DNA from: an uncultured Collinsella sp.
GTDB taxonomy: Bacteria > Actinomycetota > Coriobacteriia > Coriobacteriales > Coriobacteriaceae
DNA length: 44,446 nucleotides
Assembly: GCA_902489855.1 (NCBI GenBank)
Contig: CABUBS010000001.1
Coordinates: forward strand, 1 to 44,446
Direction: 5' to 3'
The translations under genes were made by a program, and so were the position numbers. Of this stretch, positions 10,734 through 25,544 are shown piece by piece (position 1 is the stretch's first letter; the number at the start of each line of letters is the position of its first letter). Below the pieces are notes generated by a model, which saw nothing but the letters and a program-made list of their open reading frames with translations, was not told the origin of the DNA and ran no database searches.

Positions 10734-10751
10734 TATGCATAGAAAGTCATA
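10734..10751. promoter_or_regulatory. Possible ArgR box upstream of carAB
   Basis: taTGCATagaaAGTCAta resembles TGCAT-N4-ATGCA; single imperfect box. Confidence 0.3.
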
Positions 10752-10870
10752 ATTATCATTTCGTAAACATTTCGATGAAATTAACGCCATGAGGCATGCT
10801 TGCGGTTACAATACCGCGAGGCCTAACCACATACCTTTAAGCCGGTCCTGTGAGACCGGGAAGGAGAATT

Positions 10871-12310
10871 ATGGCGAACAACCATACCGCGGGCGCTGCC
10901 GCCCGCACCTTCGCGCCCAGCGAGCTTTGCCAGCGTATGCTGGCCAAAACCAGCAAGGGCACCTGCGGTCCCTGCATCCTGTATCTTGAGGATGGGACCA
11001 TTTTTTATGGACGTGCATGCGGCGCCGAGGGCACCGCGACCGGCGAAGTCTGCTTCAACACCTCGCTCGAGGGCTACTTTGAGGTCATGACCGACCCGAG
11101 TTATGCCGGCCAAATCGTAACCATGACCTATCCGCAGATCGGCAACTACGGTATCGACGAGACCGACGTCCAGTCGGCCTTCCCCGGCGACGACGTGCGC
11201 CCCGCGAGCGCTCCGGCTATGCGCGGCATGATCGTTCGCGATATGTGCGCCACGCCTTCTAACTGGCGCTCGGCCGTCAGCGTGCCGGAGTACCTGCGCG
11301 CCCACGGCATCGTCGCTATCGAGGGCGTCGACACCCGCGCTCTGGTGCGCCATCTGCGCGACAATGGTTCCAAGATGGGCATTATCTCGACCGAGATCTT
11401 CGACGTCGACGAGCTTGCCGAGCGTCTGGCCGCAGCGCCCACGCTGGTAGGCGAGAACCTGGTGAAGACCGTAAGTTGCCCCGCGCCTCACGAGTTTGTG
11501 GCCGCCGACCTGCCTGCCACGCATGACTTTGCACTTGCGGTTGCCGCTCCTGCCCGTCACAAAGTGGTCGCCTACGACTGCGGCGTCAAGCGCGGCATTC
11601 TGGAGGGCCTCGTCCGCGCCGGCTGCGACCTTACTGTCGTACCGTGGGATACGCCTGCCCAGCAGGTGCTCGACATGAATCCCGATGGCGTCTTTTTGTC
11701 CAACGGCCCCGGCGACCCCGACGCCGTGGTGGAGACCTACGAGCAGGTGCAGCAGCTGATCGGCAAGGTGACGGTCTTTGGTATTTGTCTTGGTCACCAG
11801 ATGATCAGCCTGGCCTGCGGTGCCAAGATGGAAAAGCTTAAGTTCGGTCACCGCGGTGGCAACCAGCCGGTCATGAACCTGGTAAGCCGTCGCGTGGAGA
11901 TCACCGCGCAAAACCATGGCTTTGGCCTGCTGTTCCCCAGCTTGGGCAAGCTTGTCCCCGAGCTTTCCGGCGGCGAGACCGAGCATGCGGCCGATGGAGA
12001 TCTGCGCGTCTGGGTGCGCCGCGGAATCGCGCCGGTCGTGATGAACGAGCGCTTTGGCCGCATTCGCCTAACACATGTGAACCTCAACGACGGCACCGCC
12101 GAGGGCATCCAGCTGCTCGACGCCCCGTGCTTCTCGGTCCAGTATCACCCCGAGGCCTCGCCTGGCCCCACCGATGCCCACTATCTCTTTACCGCCTTTA
12201 CGCGACTCATGGACGGCGAGGAGAACTACCTGGACATCGACACCGCGAAGGACCGCCTGGCTGGCTGGAATTTCGCCGAGACCGCCGCGACTGAGACCGA
12301 GGAGAACTAA
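10871..12310 (+). CDS. carA: Carbamoyl-phosphate synthase small subunit
   Basis: [40 protein letters not shown]. Confidence 0.97.
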   Translation: MANNHTAGAAARTFAPSELCQRMLAKTSKGTCGPCILYLEDGTIFYGRACGAEGTATGEVCFNTSLEGYFEVMTDPSYAGQIVTMTYPQIGNYGIDETDVQSAFPGDDVRPASAPAMRGMIVRDMCATPSNWRSAVSVPEYLRAHGIVAIEGVDTRALVRHLRDNGSKMGIISTEIFDVDELAERLAAAPTLVGENLVKTVSCPAPHEFVAADLPATHDFALAVAAPARHKVVAYDCGVKRGILEGLVRAGCDLTVVPWDTPAQQVLDMNPDGVFLSNGPGDPDAVVETYEQVQQLIGKVTVFGICLGHQMISLACGAKMEKLKFGHRGGNQPVMNLVSRRVEITAQNHGFGLLFPSLGKLVPELSGGETEHAADGDLRVWVRRGIAPVVMNERFGRIRLTHVNLNDGTAEGIQLLDAPCFSVQYHPEASPGPTDAHYLFTAFTRLMDGEENYLDIDTAKDRLAGWNFAETAATETEEN

Positions 12311-12311
12311 C

Positions 12312-15626
<3,315 letters not shown>

Positions 15627-15638
15627 TGTGACCTGGTC

Positions 15639-15723
15639 GGCCGGGGCGTCAGCCGGACACTTTCTCTCGGAAACTGGGCTTCGCGAAGTTTTCCGAGAGA
15701 AAGGACCGCCTCCCGCCCCGGCC
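15639..15723. repeat. Long GC-rich hairpin after carB
   Basis: Outer arms ggccggggcg/cgccccggcc; inner arms ctttctctcggaaa/tttccgagagaaag. Confidence 0.7.
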
Positions 15724-15779
15724 TGCGGTGACTCGGTAGCACCGTGTGCTGCCGAAGGGGCTTTGAGCGATGACTAGGG

Positions 15780-16447
15780 CTGATAAACTGGTAGCCGCTG
15801 AGCGCCACGGGGTCCTCGCGCTGGGAGTAGGTGTGGATGAGGGCAGACGAGACAGCGTAGGAGACAGCGGCAATAAGGATGAAGCCCTCGCCTGTGAGCG
15901 TGACGGCGCCGCCGCTATCGCCACCGGTGAGGTTGACGATAACGACTCCGGCAAAACCTATAGCGCAGCCGAGGACTTTGCGCGCAGTGAGCCGTTCTTG
16001 CCGGAACACGAGCGCTGCCATCAACACGCAGAGAAACGTGTTCATAGCGTTGACGATTGAGCCGCGCACACCCGAAGCGTTTGAAACGCCGATATAAAAG
16101 AAGGCGTACTGCACGATAGTTTGGGCAAGCGAGAGTCTGATAACGAGTGGCCATCCCGTGCGTGAGACGCGAGGCAAGCGACGTCTTGTTATGACTGCAG
16201 CGGCAAGTGCGATAGCGCCGGCAAGCATAAAGCGCACGCCAGCGAAGAGAAACTCCGATGGTACGTCGCCGTTTTGGATGCCGAGAAGCTCGTAGCCGAT
16301 CTTGATGCAGGGGATCGCACTGCCCCAGAGCGCGCAGCAGATGAGGGCGAGCGCAGCTACGCACCATGTGCGCGTGAGAGGGTGGCGCGCGGAGTCGGCG
16401 TAAACATCGCAAGAGCTGGCGTCGAGTGCGGATGAGGGTTTGGACAT
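15780..16447 (-). pseudogene. EamA/DMT family transporter, C-terminally truncated
   Basis: CCALWGSAIPCIK...FAGVRF... Hydrophobic pattern stops at LSGYQFI (~15780), then the frame runs through hairpin DNA and antisense carB to 15557. Confidence 0.75.
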
Positions 16448-16567
16448 ACATCTCCCAAACGAGGCGAAGCAGAAAACGCCTCTATGGTACGCGCAATTTT
16501 GTGTCCGCACGCGTTGATAGCATAGAACGCGTCATGGAACACAAGTTCGTAAGAAGAGGAGGACGCC

Positions 16568-17710
16568 ATGATGTCAGAGATTACGGGCTATCGTGAGGAA
16601 GTTCAGACCATCAAGACGGCGATATTGCGTGCGCAGTATGCTGCGGCGAAGAGCGCCAACGCTCAGCAGCTGCAGCTCTATTTCGCCGTGGGAGGCTACG
16701 TCTCCGCCAACACGCGCAATGGCACGTGGGGAACCAACGCGCTCAAAACCATCAGCGAACAATTGCGGAAGGAGCTGCCAGGACTCAGGGGCTTCTCCAC
16801 AACAAGTCTCAAATATATGCGAATCTTCTTTGAAGCTTGGTCTGCTCCGGGCGATGAACAGGCGTTTCTCGATTCGTCACTCGTGAGTGACGAATCTTCA
16901 GACGGTGGCCTTCTGCAAATTCGTCACTTGCAAGTGCCGAATTCAAACACATGTTCTCTCGATGATTTTTTAGCGATTGGGTTTACCCATCATCGGTATA
17001 TCCTTGCAGGTGCTAAGACCCTTGACGAGCGGCTCTTCTACATTCACAAGTGCGCATTTGAGCACTTAAGTGTGGAGGCGCTCAAACGCTCGCTGAAGGC
17101 GGACGACTTTCATCATCAAGGAGAGGTCTCCAACAACTTCCTCTCAACGCTGCCAAAGGGTCAGCAGGCGCTGCGCGCTATCGCCACGTTCAAGGACGAG
17201 TATCTGCTCGACTTTATCAATGTTGAGGAACTCGGGGTGCGCGATGCGGAGGATGTCGACGAGCGCGTGTTAGAGCAAGGCATCGTGCAGAATATCAAGC
17301 AGTTCATCATGACGTTCGATCGAGCCTTCGCGTTTGTGGGAAACCAGTACCATCTCGACGCCTTTGGCATCGATCAGTATATCGACCTCCTGTTCTTCAA
17401 CCGCGACCTCAACTGTTTAGTTGCAGTCGAGCTCAAGAGCGGCCCCTTCAAGCCGGCCTATCTCGGCCAGCTCTCTGGCTATCTACGCATCCTGGACGAC
17501 TTTGAGCGTCGCGAGCACGAGAATCCCTCCATAGGCCTTGTGCTTTGCAAAGGCATGGACAAGGGATTTGTTGACTATGTGATCCAAGACTTCACAAAAC
17601 CCATGGGTGTGGCCACCTATAAGACGTCGAAGGATATGCCACGAGAGTTGCTCGATGCTCTGCCGCCCATCGATGACTTACGGATGTTGCTGGAGAGGTC
17701 TGATGGGTAG
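16568..17710 (+). CDS. YhcG/DUF1016 family PD-(D/E)XK nuclease
   Basis: RGFSTTSLKYMRIF, KDEYLLDF, FVGNQY, IDLLFFNRDLNCLVAVELK, YLGQL, NPSIGLVLC. Confidence 0.92.
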   Translation: MMSEITGYREEVQTIKTAILRAQYAAAKSANAQQLQLYFAVGGYVSANTRNGTWGTNALKTISEQLRKELPGLRGFSTTSLKYMRIFFEAWSAPGDEQAFLDSSLVSDESSDGGLLQIRHLQVPNSNTCSLDDFLAIGFTHHRYILAGAKTLDERLFYIHKCAFEHLSVEALKRSLKADDFHHQGEVSNNFLSTLPKGQQALRAIATFKDEYLLDFINVEELGVRDAEDVDERVLEQGIVQNIKQFIMTFDRAFAFVGNQYHLDAFGIDQYIDLLFFNRDLNCLVAVELKSGPFKPAYLGQLSGYLRILDDFERREHENPSIGLVLCKGMDKGFVDYVIQDFTKPMGVATYKTSKDMPRELLDALPPIDDLRMLLERSDG

Positions 17711-17793
17711 CGGTAGGAATTGTTCGGTGTTAGAAGCTTATTTCGCTTATGGCCTTGAGCTTTGCCGATGAGCATGGGGTGGGGAACGTATCA

Positions 17794-17834
17794 AGGCAGA
17801 GTTTGTCATGCAATGAGTATGACAAACTCTGCCT
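17794..17834. promoter_or_regulatory. Perfect 16-bp inverted repeat, probable TA operator
   Basis: aggcagagtttgtcat-9 nt-atgacaaactctgcct immediately upstream of the SD and ATG 17853. Confidence 0.6.
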
Positions 17835-17852
17835 GGAGGAGAGGATACTTCC

Positions 17853-17921
17853 ATGGCAATTGTCCACCGCAATGCTCTCAAGCATGGTTTGTCTGAGAGG
17901 GAGGTTCTAGATAATGACTGA
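17853..17921 (+). pseudogene. 22-aa remnant of a probable toxin gene
   Basis: SD GGAGGA; MAIVHRNALKHGLSEREVLDND*, overlapping the start of the RHH gene. Confidence 0.5.
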
Positions 17922-18162
17922 GTACAAACTAGCTGATGGATCGGTCCTGACAGACGAAGATATCGAGCGCGAGAGCGTAGAGTTTGAGCAAGAGACTTGG
18001 ACGGGTCGTCTTGAGCGCATCCATGTCAGGCCTGGCGTTGTTGCTGATGAGCCGCTTGTTGCAGTTACCGTGCGCTTTCCGGCATCCATGGTGGTGGCAA
18101 TCGACCGAAAGACGGGGGATCGATCCGATTTTATTCGGCGGGCCGTTTTCCCTGCGCTGTAG
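17914..18162 (+). CDS. Ribbon-helix-helix (CopG-like) antitoxin-type protein
   Basis: Acidic N-terminus, then VTVRFPASMVVAIDR...DRSDFIRRAV. Confidence 0.75.
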   Translation: MTEYKLADGSVLTDEDIERESVEFEQETWTGRLERIHVRPGVVADEPLVAVTVRFPASMVVAIDRKTGDRSDFIRRAVFPAL

Positions 18163-18524
18163 TAACGTTGCGTCTCCTAAATCGACCTTGGTTTCGTCGA
18201 GGAGGTAGATCTTGAGGATGAGGTGTCCTGCTTCGGTGAACCCGTTCTCGAAGACGGGCAGCACGCGCGACACGGACTACCGCGACCTCCTGACCTTCCG
18301 CGACGGGGAGTAGCGGCTTGGCGGTGTGCGGCGCCGGCACGTGACGGTGGCGGGCATGAGGCTTGGCCTTCGCGACGGCATGTTCTTTAGAGTTTGCGGT
18401 GCATGATGGCACGGCCGTTTTCAAATCGTGAAACATTGCCCGGGAATGAGTAACAGGCTTTGGTTCGTACATCCGTTATAACGGGAGTTGCAAGAAGTGA
18501 CATCCGTGACGAGAGGTTGAACTC

Positions 18525-19913
18525 ATGACTCAGCACCGGTTTCCCGAAGGTTTCCTCTGGGGTGCTTCCACCAGCGCTTTTCAGGTTGAGGGTGGGTATG
18601 ATGAAGGAGGCAAAGGTCCGGCAACCACCGATCGCGGCCCGGGGCGTCCCGGCATCGCCGATAACAAGATCGCCTCGGACCACTATCATCACTGGCGTGA
18701 GGATGTCGACCTCATGGCCGAGCTCGGCATCAAGGTCTACCGGATGGGTTTCGCTTGGAGCCGCATCATGCCCGATGCCTCGGGGGATCCCAATCCTGAG
18801 GGCTTGGCGTTTTATGACCAGCTGATTGACTACCTGCTGGAGCGAGGGATCGAGCCCTTGGTCACCCTGTATCACTTCGAATGACCGAGTGCGTTGGTCG
18901 AGGCCTTCGGCGGCTGGAAGAGCCGTAAGATGATCGACTTCTATGTGCGCTATGCCGAAATCTGCTTCACGCACTTCAAGGGGCGCGTCAAGCGCTGGGT
19001 TACCGTGAATGAACAGCTAATTGCGACCTCCGCGCCCAGCAACACGGGTGACACCGAAACCGATCCGCGCCAACGGCAGAAGAACGCCTACCAGATGAGC
19101 TATCATGTCGCTCTTGCCGAGCATCGCGCCATCGCGTGCCTGCGACAGATCGACCCCGATGCGCAGATCGGCCCCGTTGTCGCCATGCAGGTGGTCAACC
19201 CGCGGACGAGCGCTTCGGCGGATGTGCTTGCGGCCATGAACGCCGAGGAGATGATGCAGAACTACCTGCTCGACCTGAGTGTGCGCGGCGACATCTCGCC
19301 TTATGCGCGCTATTACCTGGAGCGCGAAGGTTTCTACCCTGTTGTTGAGTGCGGGGACCACGACATCCTGGTCGCGACGAGGCCCGATTTTCTTGGGGTG
19401 AACTACTATTTCAGCAATTGTGCGCATGAGCGCACGGAGCCCATCCGCTTCGACCGGTTCCCTCCGTGGTCGGGCGGGGATTTCGAACTCTGCGATAACC
19501 CTGCGATCGCGCCGACCGAGTGGATGTCGAACGGCATCGACCCCCTTGGGCTTCGCGTGGGCATGCGCAAGCTCTACGATCGCTACCAGCTTCCGATGAT
19601 CGTCACGGAGAACGGCATGGCGCTTTCCGAGTCACTTGACGAGGAGAACAGGGTGCATGATACCGTGCGCATCGAATACCTTTCACGACATTTGGGCGAG
19701 GTCGAGGAGCTCATTCGCGAAGGCTATCCCGTCTTCGGCTACTGCGTTTGGAGCCTCATGGATCTATGCTCAAGTCATCAGGGGTTCACTAAGCGCTACG
19801 GCCTTCTGTATGTCGATCGCACGGAAACCGATGCGAAGCAATGCGCTCGTTTCAGGAAGGACAGCTTCTTCTGGTATCAGGACGTGATTAGAGAAAACGG
19901 CTTGCCCTGCTGA
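18525..19913 (+). pseudogene. GH1 6-phospho-beta-glucosidase with an in-frame TGA at 18882-18884
   Basis: [18 protein letters not shown]...TLYHFE*PSAL...TVNEQ...IVTENG...KRYG; both ORF pieces are in the same frame. Confidence 0.88.
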
Positions 19914-19933
19914 GCGTCGGTGGTCCGACGAGA

Positions 19934-20737
19934 TTACTCGCCAGTACCGGAATCGGCTCCATAACGCCTCAGGTACTCCATGACTATCAAGTCGATGGCG
20001 GCAAGCGCACCGAACTTGCCCGTGTCGATGTTGTTGGTCACTCCGCAGCTCAGTATGCAGGAGGCATGGTTCCAGTAGGCGCTTGAGGTGTTTTGTGTGA
20101 TGGCGAGAAGACGACAGCCGGAGGCGGCGAGTGCGTTGACGATTTCTGGATAACGAATGGGGTATGTTCCCCCTATGCTGCAAATGATGGCGAGGCTGGA
20201 TTTGGTGAGCGATTGCGCGCAGGCGAGCTGCGATGAATAATCGAGGTAAAGCTCGATGAGGCGGTTCATGATGGTGAGCCTGCTTTGGAAGTAGCGGCCC
20301 ACGTCCCAGAGGAAGTGGTGGGAGAAGAACGCGACATGCCCGCTGTCGTGCAAATCATCGACAATGGCGGGCAGTTTCGCGATGTTTGCCGCCGAGATGG
20401 TCGTTTCGATATTGAGCAGGATCGCCTCCCGGTAGGATGCCAGAGCGCCTTCCGTGTCGTTTGACAGCTGTTCTACAAAGGCATGTGGAAACAACCCGGT
20501 TTTGAGGACGTCATGTTCAAGCTGGTTGCGCAGGTCCTTGAAATCAGCGAAACCCATAAACCGGCAGAATCGCGACACTGAAGCCTTCGAGACGAAGCAC
20601 ATGTCGGCGATTTCTCCAATCGAGAGCTCGCTCAGCTTGCTGTAGTTTTTCACCAGCGTGGTCGCTATCTCGTAGTTGGTGTCGTGCTGCATTGCGGTGT
20701 CGATGTAGTCAAGCAACCGTTCGGCAACCGATCCCAT
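19934..20737 (-). CDS. MurR/RpiR family transcriptional regulator (HTH + SIS)
   Basis: LSIGEIADMCFVSKASVSRFCRFMGFADFKDL; start uncertain (see findings). Confidence 0.88.
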   Translation of the reverse strand: MGSVAERLLDYIDTAMQHDTNYEIATTLVKNYSKLSELSIGEIADMCFVSKASVSRFCRFMGFADFKDLRNQLEHDVLKTGLFPHAFVEQLSNDTEGALASYREAILLNIETTISAANIAKLPAIVDDLHDSGHVAFFSHHFLWDVGRYFQSRLTIMNRLIELYLDYSSQLACAQSLTKSSLAIICSIGGTYPIRYPEIVNALAASGCRLLAITQNTSSAYWNHASCILSCGVTNNIDTGKFGALAAIDLIVMEYLRRYGADSGTGE

Positions 20738-20841
20738 CGAGATGGATTATTCCATGATGGCTGTCCCCTTTATGCTCAGTGGCCCGAATAAGAGGGCCTC
20801 ATTTGACCAAACTATAGCTCAAACATGCCGGTATTCCTGCG

Positions 20842-20862
20842 GAGTTTCACGTTATGAAACTC
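20842..20862. promoter_or_regulatory. Candidate operator in the divergent promoter region
   Basis: gagtttca-cgtta-tgaaactc; related TTTCA-N5-TGAAA at 18419-18433. Confidence 0.5.
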
Positions 20863-21043
20863 GCGTAGCCATCTCGCAACCTTGTGGCACAGCATGTAAC
20901 CGAGTTTGGATATAGCCGGCGTCATACTTAATGCAAGAAGAGACGACGAAGCTTGCCGCCCCGCCGGAACACGGCATCGGCTCTACACAGGGCATCGCTT
21001 CGTTGCTTTGCCGCTCGACGAGATATCGGTTGAGGAGGATCGG

Positions 21044-21811
21044 ATGAAGCGGTTATTGCTGCGCGCCGACGATTTAGGTTACAGCGACGGTGTTAATTGC
21101 GGGATAGCGGCCGCGGTCCAAGCGGGGCTCATTCGCTCGGTGGGCGTCATGACCAACATGCCGCTTGCAGAAAGCGGTTTGGCTCGCCTGCAAATCAAGG
21201 ATCTCTGCTTGGGCCAGCACACCAATATCTGCACGGGTAGGCCCCTCAGCGATTCCTCGCTCATCTCGAGCATCGTTGACGATGATGGCAATTTCAAGCG
21301 GAGCTCAGCATATCGCGCCGCCGCGCGGGCTGGGGAGGACTTCGTGGTGCTTGACGAGGTCATTATCGAAATCGAGGCGCAGTATCGGCGATTCCTTGAG
21401 CTCGTCGGGCGTGAGCCCGATTACTTCGAGGGACATGCGGTCGCAAGCCCCATGTTCTTCCGCGGCCTTGAGATCGTTGCCGAGCGTCACGGCCTGCCCT
21501 ATTTCGCGATGGGTGCTCCGGGCGAGCCAGTCACCTTTCGCTCGACGCCGGTGCTTTCCTATGTTCCCAAGGATTTCTCGTCATATGAAGCGGATCCCTT
21601 TGCGGCGCTTCGAGAGGCGCTTGAAACGACACCGGAAGGGATATGCCGTCTCATGGTGTTTCACCCAGGTTATATCGACGCGTACTTGCGAGATAACTCG
21701 ACCATGCTCGAGGCCCGCATCCGGGAAGCCGCGATGCTTGTCGACCCTGATGTCGCCGCATGGCTTGCAGAGCAGGACGTGGGGCTCGTGACGTACGCGG
21801 ACCTGACGTAA
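21044..21811 (+). CDS. ChbG/YdjC family carbohydrate deacetylase
   Basis: MKRLLLRADDLG, GQHTN, EIEAQY, PDYFEGH, FHPGY; SD GAGGAGG. Confidence 0.9.
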   Translation: MKRLLLRADDLGYSDGVNCGIAAAVQAGLIRSVGVMTNMPLAESGLARLQIKDLCLGQHTNICTGRPLSDSSLISSIVDDDGNFKRSSAYRAAARAGEDFVVLDEVIIEIEAQYRRFLELVGREPDYFEGHAVASPMFFRGLEIVAERHGLPYFAMGAPGEPVTFRSTPVLSYVPKDFSSYEADPFAALREALETTPEGICRLMVFHPGYIDAYLRDNSTMLEARIREAAMLVDPDVAAWLAEQDVGLVTYADLT

Positions 21812-21965
21812 GCGTCCGCTGGGGCAATCTCGCCAATTCACGCTGAATGGCGTACTGCCTGAAGCACGTCGTTGTGATTTTGAAGAGAGGTGGATGCGCT
21901 ATCTAGAGGGGAAGATGCCGCACACGGGCATCGATAGAGTTCACTGCAAAGATTGGAGCTGAAAC

Positions 21966-23258
21966 ATGGCGGTATTCGACAAGATCCAAAACATAATGGA
22001 TAAGACAATCGCACCTGTGGCAAGCAAGGTTGCTGACAGCAAGATGCTCGACGCCCTCATGGGCGGCATGATGTGCACGCTGCCCATGACCCTTGGCGTC
22101 TCGGTTATCGCGATTCTCATCAACTTCCCCATTCCGGGGTTCTCCGATTGGGTGGTTTCGAGCGGTCTCATGGCGACCGGCAACTCCATCCTCACCGTTA
22201 CCATGAACATGATGGGTATATACATCTCCTTCTTCATCGGTTTGAGGTGGGGTAAGGTATGCGGCCTTAGCGGTTATACCGGTGGCATCGTGAGCGGCGC
22301 GGTGTTTTTGGCATTCATGCCGCAGCAATCGTTCGAGGATATTCCCATGGCGAGTTTCATCAACACGTCGTACATGGGATCGAACGGCATCTTCGTCGCC
22401 ATTCTGCTTGGCCTGATCGTGCCGAAGGTGACAGCCATTTTGATGAGCAAGCTTGAAATCAAGCTCCCCGATATGGTTCCGCCCATGGTTGCAGACTCGC
22501 TGTCGCCGATGTTTGCCGCCATCGTGCTATTCACTGCGGTGTGGTTCGCCAAGTGGGGTCTTTCTTTCACCCCGTGGGGCAACCTGTTCGATATGATCAA
22601 CACCTTGATCGGCACGCCGGTCACGATGGTCGGTGCCTCTCCTTTGGCCTATATCATCGTGTGCTCGCTGCAGTCGATCTTCTGGTTCTTCGGTGTCCAC
22701 CCCAACGTGATGCTCAACTTCTACGCTCCGGTAATCATGGCTTGCAGCGCTGCTAACACCGAGGCCATCATCGCGGGCGAGGCACTGCCCTATGGCGCTT
22801 GGGCCGTCGTCGCGCTCGGCACCGCCATCGGTGGCCAGGCTAACGCCCTGGGCATCAGCATCTCGCTGCTCTTCACCAAGTCCGAGCGCTTCAAGGCGAT
22901 TCGCGGCATCGCGCTTGTTCCGTCGCTTTTCAATATCTCCGAGCCGCTCATGTTCGGTCTGCCGGTCGTGCTGAATCCCACGTACTTCATCCCGTTCGTG
23001 CTGAACATCCCGGTCTGCGCCATCGTGGTCCAGGCGCTTTACGCCCTCGGTCTTGGGGCTGCGTTCAATCCCACGATTCAGCTTCCCTGGGTGCTTCCCC
23101 AGCCGGTCATCGCATTCATGCAGGGCGGCATCGGGTGCCTGGTGATCTCGGTTGCGGTTTTGGCGGTGTCGGTGTTCATGTATACCCCCTTCACCCTTAT
23201 GGCTGATCGCCAGGCGTTGCGAGAGGAGCAGGCCGCTCTCGAGGAATCGGCCGCATAG
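21966..23258 (+). CDS. PTS lactose/cellobiose family EIIC
   Basis: Multi-TM; FWFFGVHP, FNISEPLMFGLPVVLNP. Confidence 0.93.
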   Translation: MAVFDKIQNIMDKTIAPVASKVADSKMLDALMGGMMCTLPMTLGVSVIAILINFPIPGFSDWVVSSGLMATGNSILTVTMNMMGIYISFFIGLRWGKVCGLSGYTGGIVSGAVFLAFMPQQSFEDIPMASFINTSYMGSNGIFVAILLGLIVPKVTAILMSKLEIKLPDMVPPMVADSLSPMFAAIVLFTAVWFAKWGLSFTPWGNLFDMINTLIGTPVTMVGASPLAYIIVCSLQSIFWFFGVHPNVMLNFYAPVIMACSAANTEAIIAGEALPYGAWAVVALGTAIGGQANALGISISLLFTKSERFKAIRGIALVPSLFNISEPLMFGLPVVLNPTYFIPFVLNIPVCAIVVQALYALGLGAAFNPTIQLPWVLPQPVIAFMQGGIGCLVISVAVLAVSVFMYTPFTLMADRQALREEQAALEESAA

Positions 23259-23306
23259 GGATTTTCATATTCACACCATCATTTTCCATGAGGTTGGGAG
23301 CGTAGG

Positions 23307-23603
23307 ATGAAACATATCGTACTTATGTGCGCCGCGGGCGCTTCGACGAGCATGCTGGTACAGCGCATGCAACAGGCGGCTGAAAAAGACGGTTTCGTGT
23401 GCACCATCGAGGCGCACCCTGTCAACCAAGCGGCGGAATATGCGGATAGCGACGTTATCCTGCTGGGACCGCAGGTTCGCTTTGAACTCAACAAGGTGAA
23501 GAATCAAGTGAACTGTCCGGTGGAGCCGATTGATATGACAGCGTATGGGACAATGAACGGCGAGGCCGTGCTCAAACAGGCTCGAAAGTTGCTGGGGGCA
23601 TAG
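23307..23603 (+). CDS. PTS lactose/cellobiose family EIIB
   Basis: CAAGASTSML, LLGPQVR, YGTMNG. Confidence 0.93.
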   Translation: MKHIVLMCAAGASTSMLVQRMQQAAEKDGFVCTIEAHPVNQAAEYADSDVILLGPQVRFELNKVKNQVNCPVEPIDMTAYGTMNGEAVLKQARKLLGA

Positions 23604-23605
23604 CC

Positions 23606-23947
23606 ATGTCAGAGATCAAACAAGAAGCGATCGATCAGTTTGAAATGACGTGCTTCTCTATCGTCGCTCAGGTGGGGAGCGCGCGCAGCTGCTACCTCGA
23701 AGCGATAACCTGTGCCGAGAATGGTGATTTTGAGGCCGCCCGGAAACTTATCGACGAGGGCAACGTGGTGTTCAACGCAGGCCACGACGCTCACATGAAA
23801 CTGCTTCAGCAAGAGGCCAGCGGCGAGGAGCTGCCGTTTCGCATCATCTTGCTGCATGCGGAGGATCAGCTCATGAGCGCTGAGGGCTTCCGTATCCTTG
23901 CCGAGCGCTTCATCACGGTCTATCAACGCATGGGTGCAAGCGCCTAA
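23606..23947 (+). CDS. PTS lactose/cellobiose family EIIA
   Basis: GSARS, HDAHMKLLQQEA, LHAEDQLM. Confidence 0.93.
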   Translation: MSEIKQEAIDQFEMTCFSIVAQVGSARSCYLEAITCAENGDFEAARKLIDEGNVVFNAGHDAHMKLLQQEASGEELPFRIILLHAEDQLMSAEGFRILAERFITVYQRMGASA

Positions 23948-23951
23948 CTGA

Positions 23952-25520
<1,569 letters not shown>

Positions 25521-25544
25521 CCCTATGGGACAGGGGATAAGATT

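Noticed and set aside
20844..20860. parS-like sequence GTTTCACGT...GAAAC
   Set aside because: Three extra central bases break the 16-bp parS palindrome; better explained as a transcription-factor operator.
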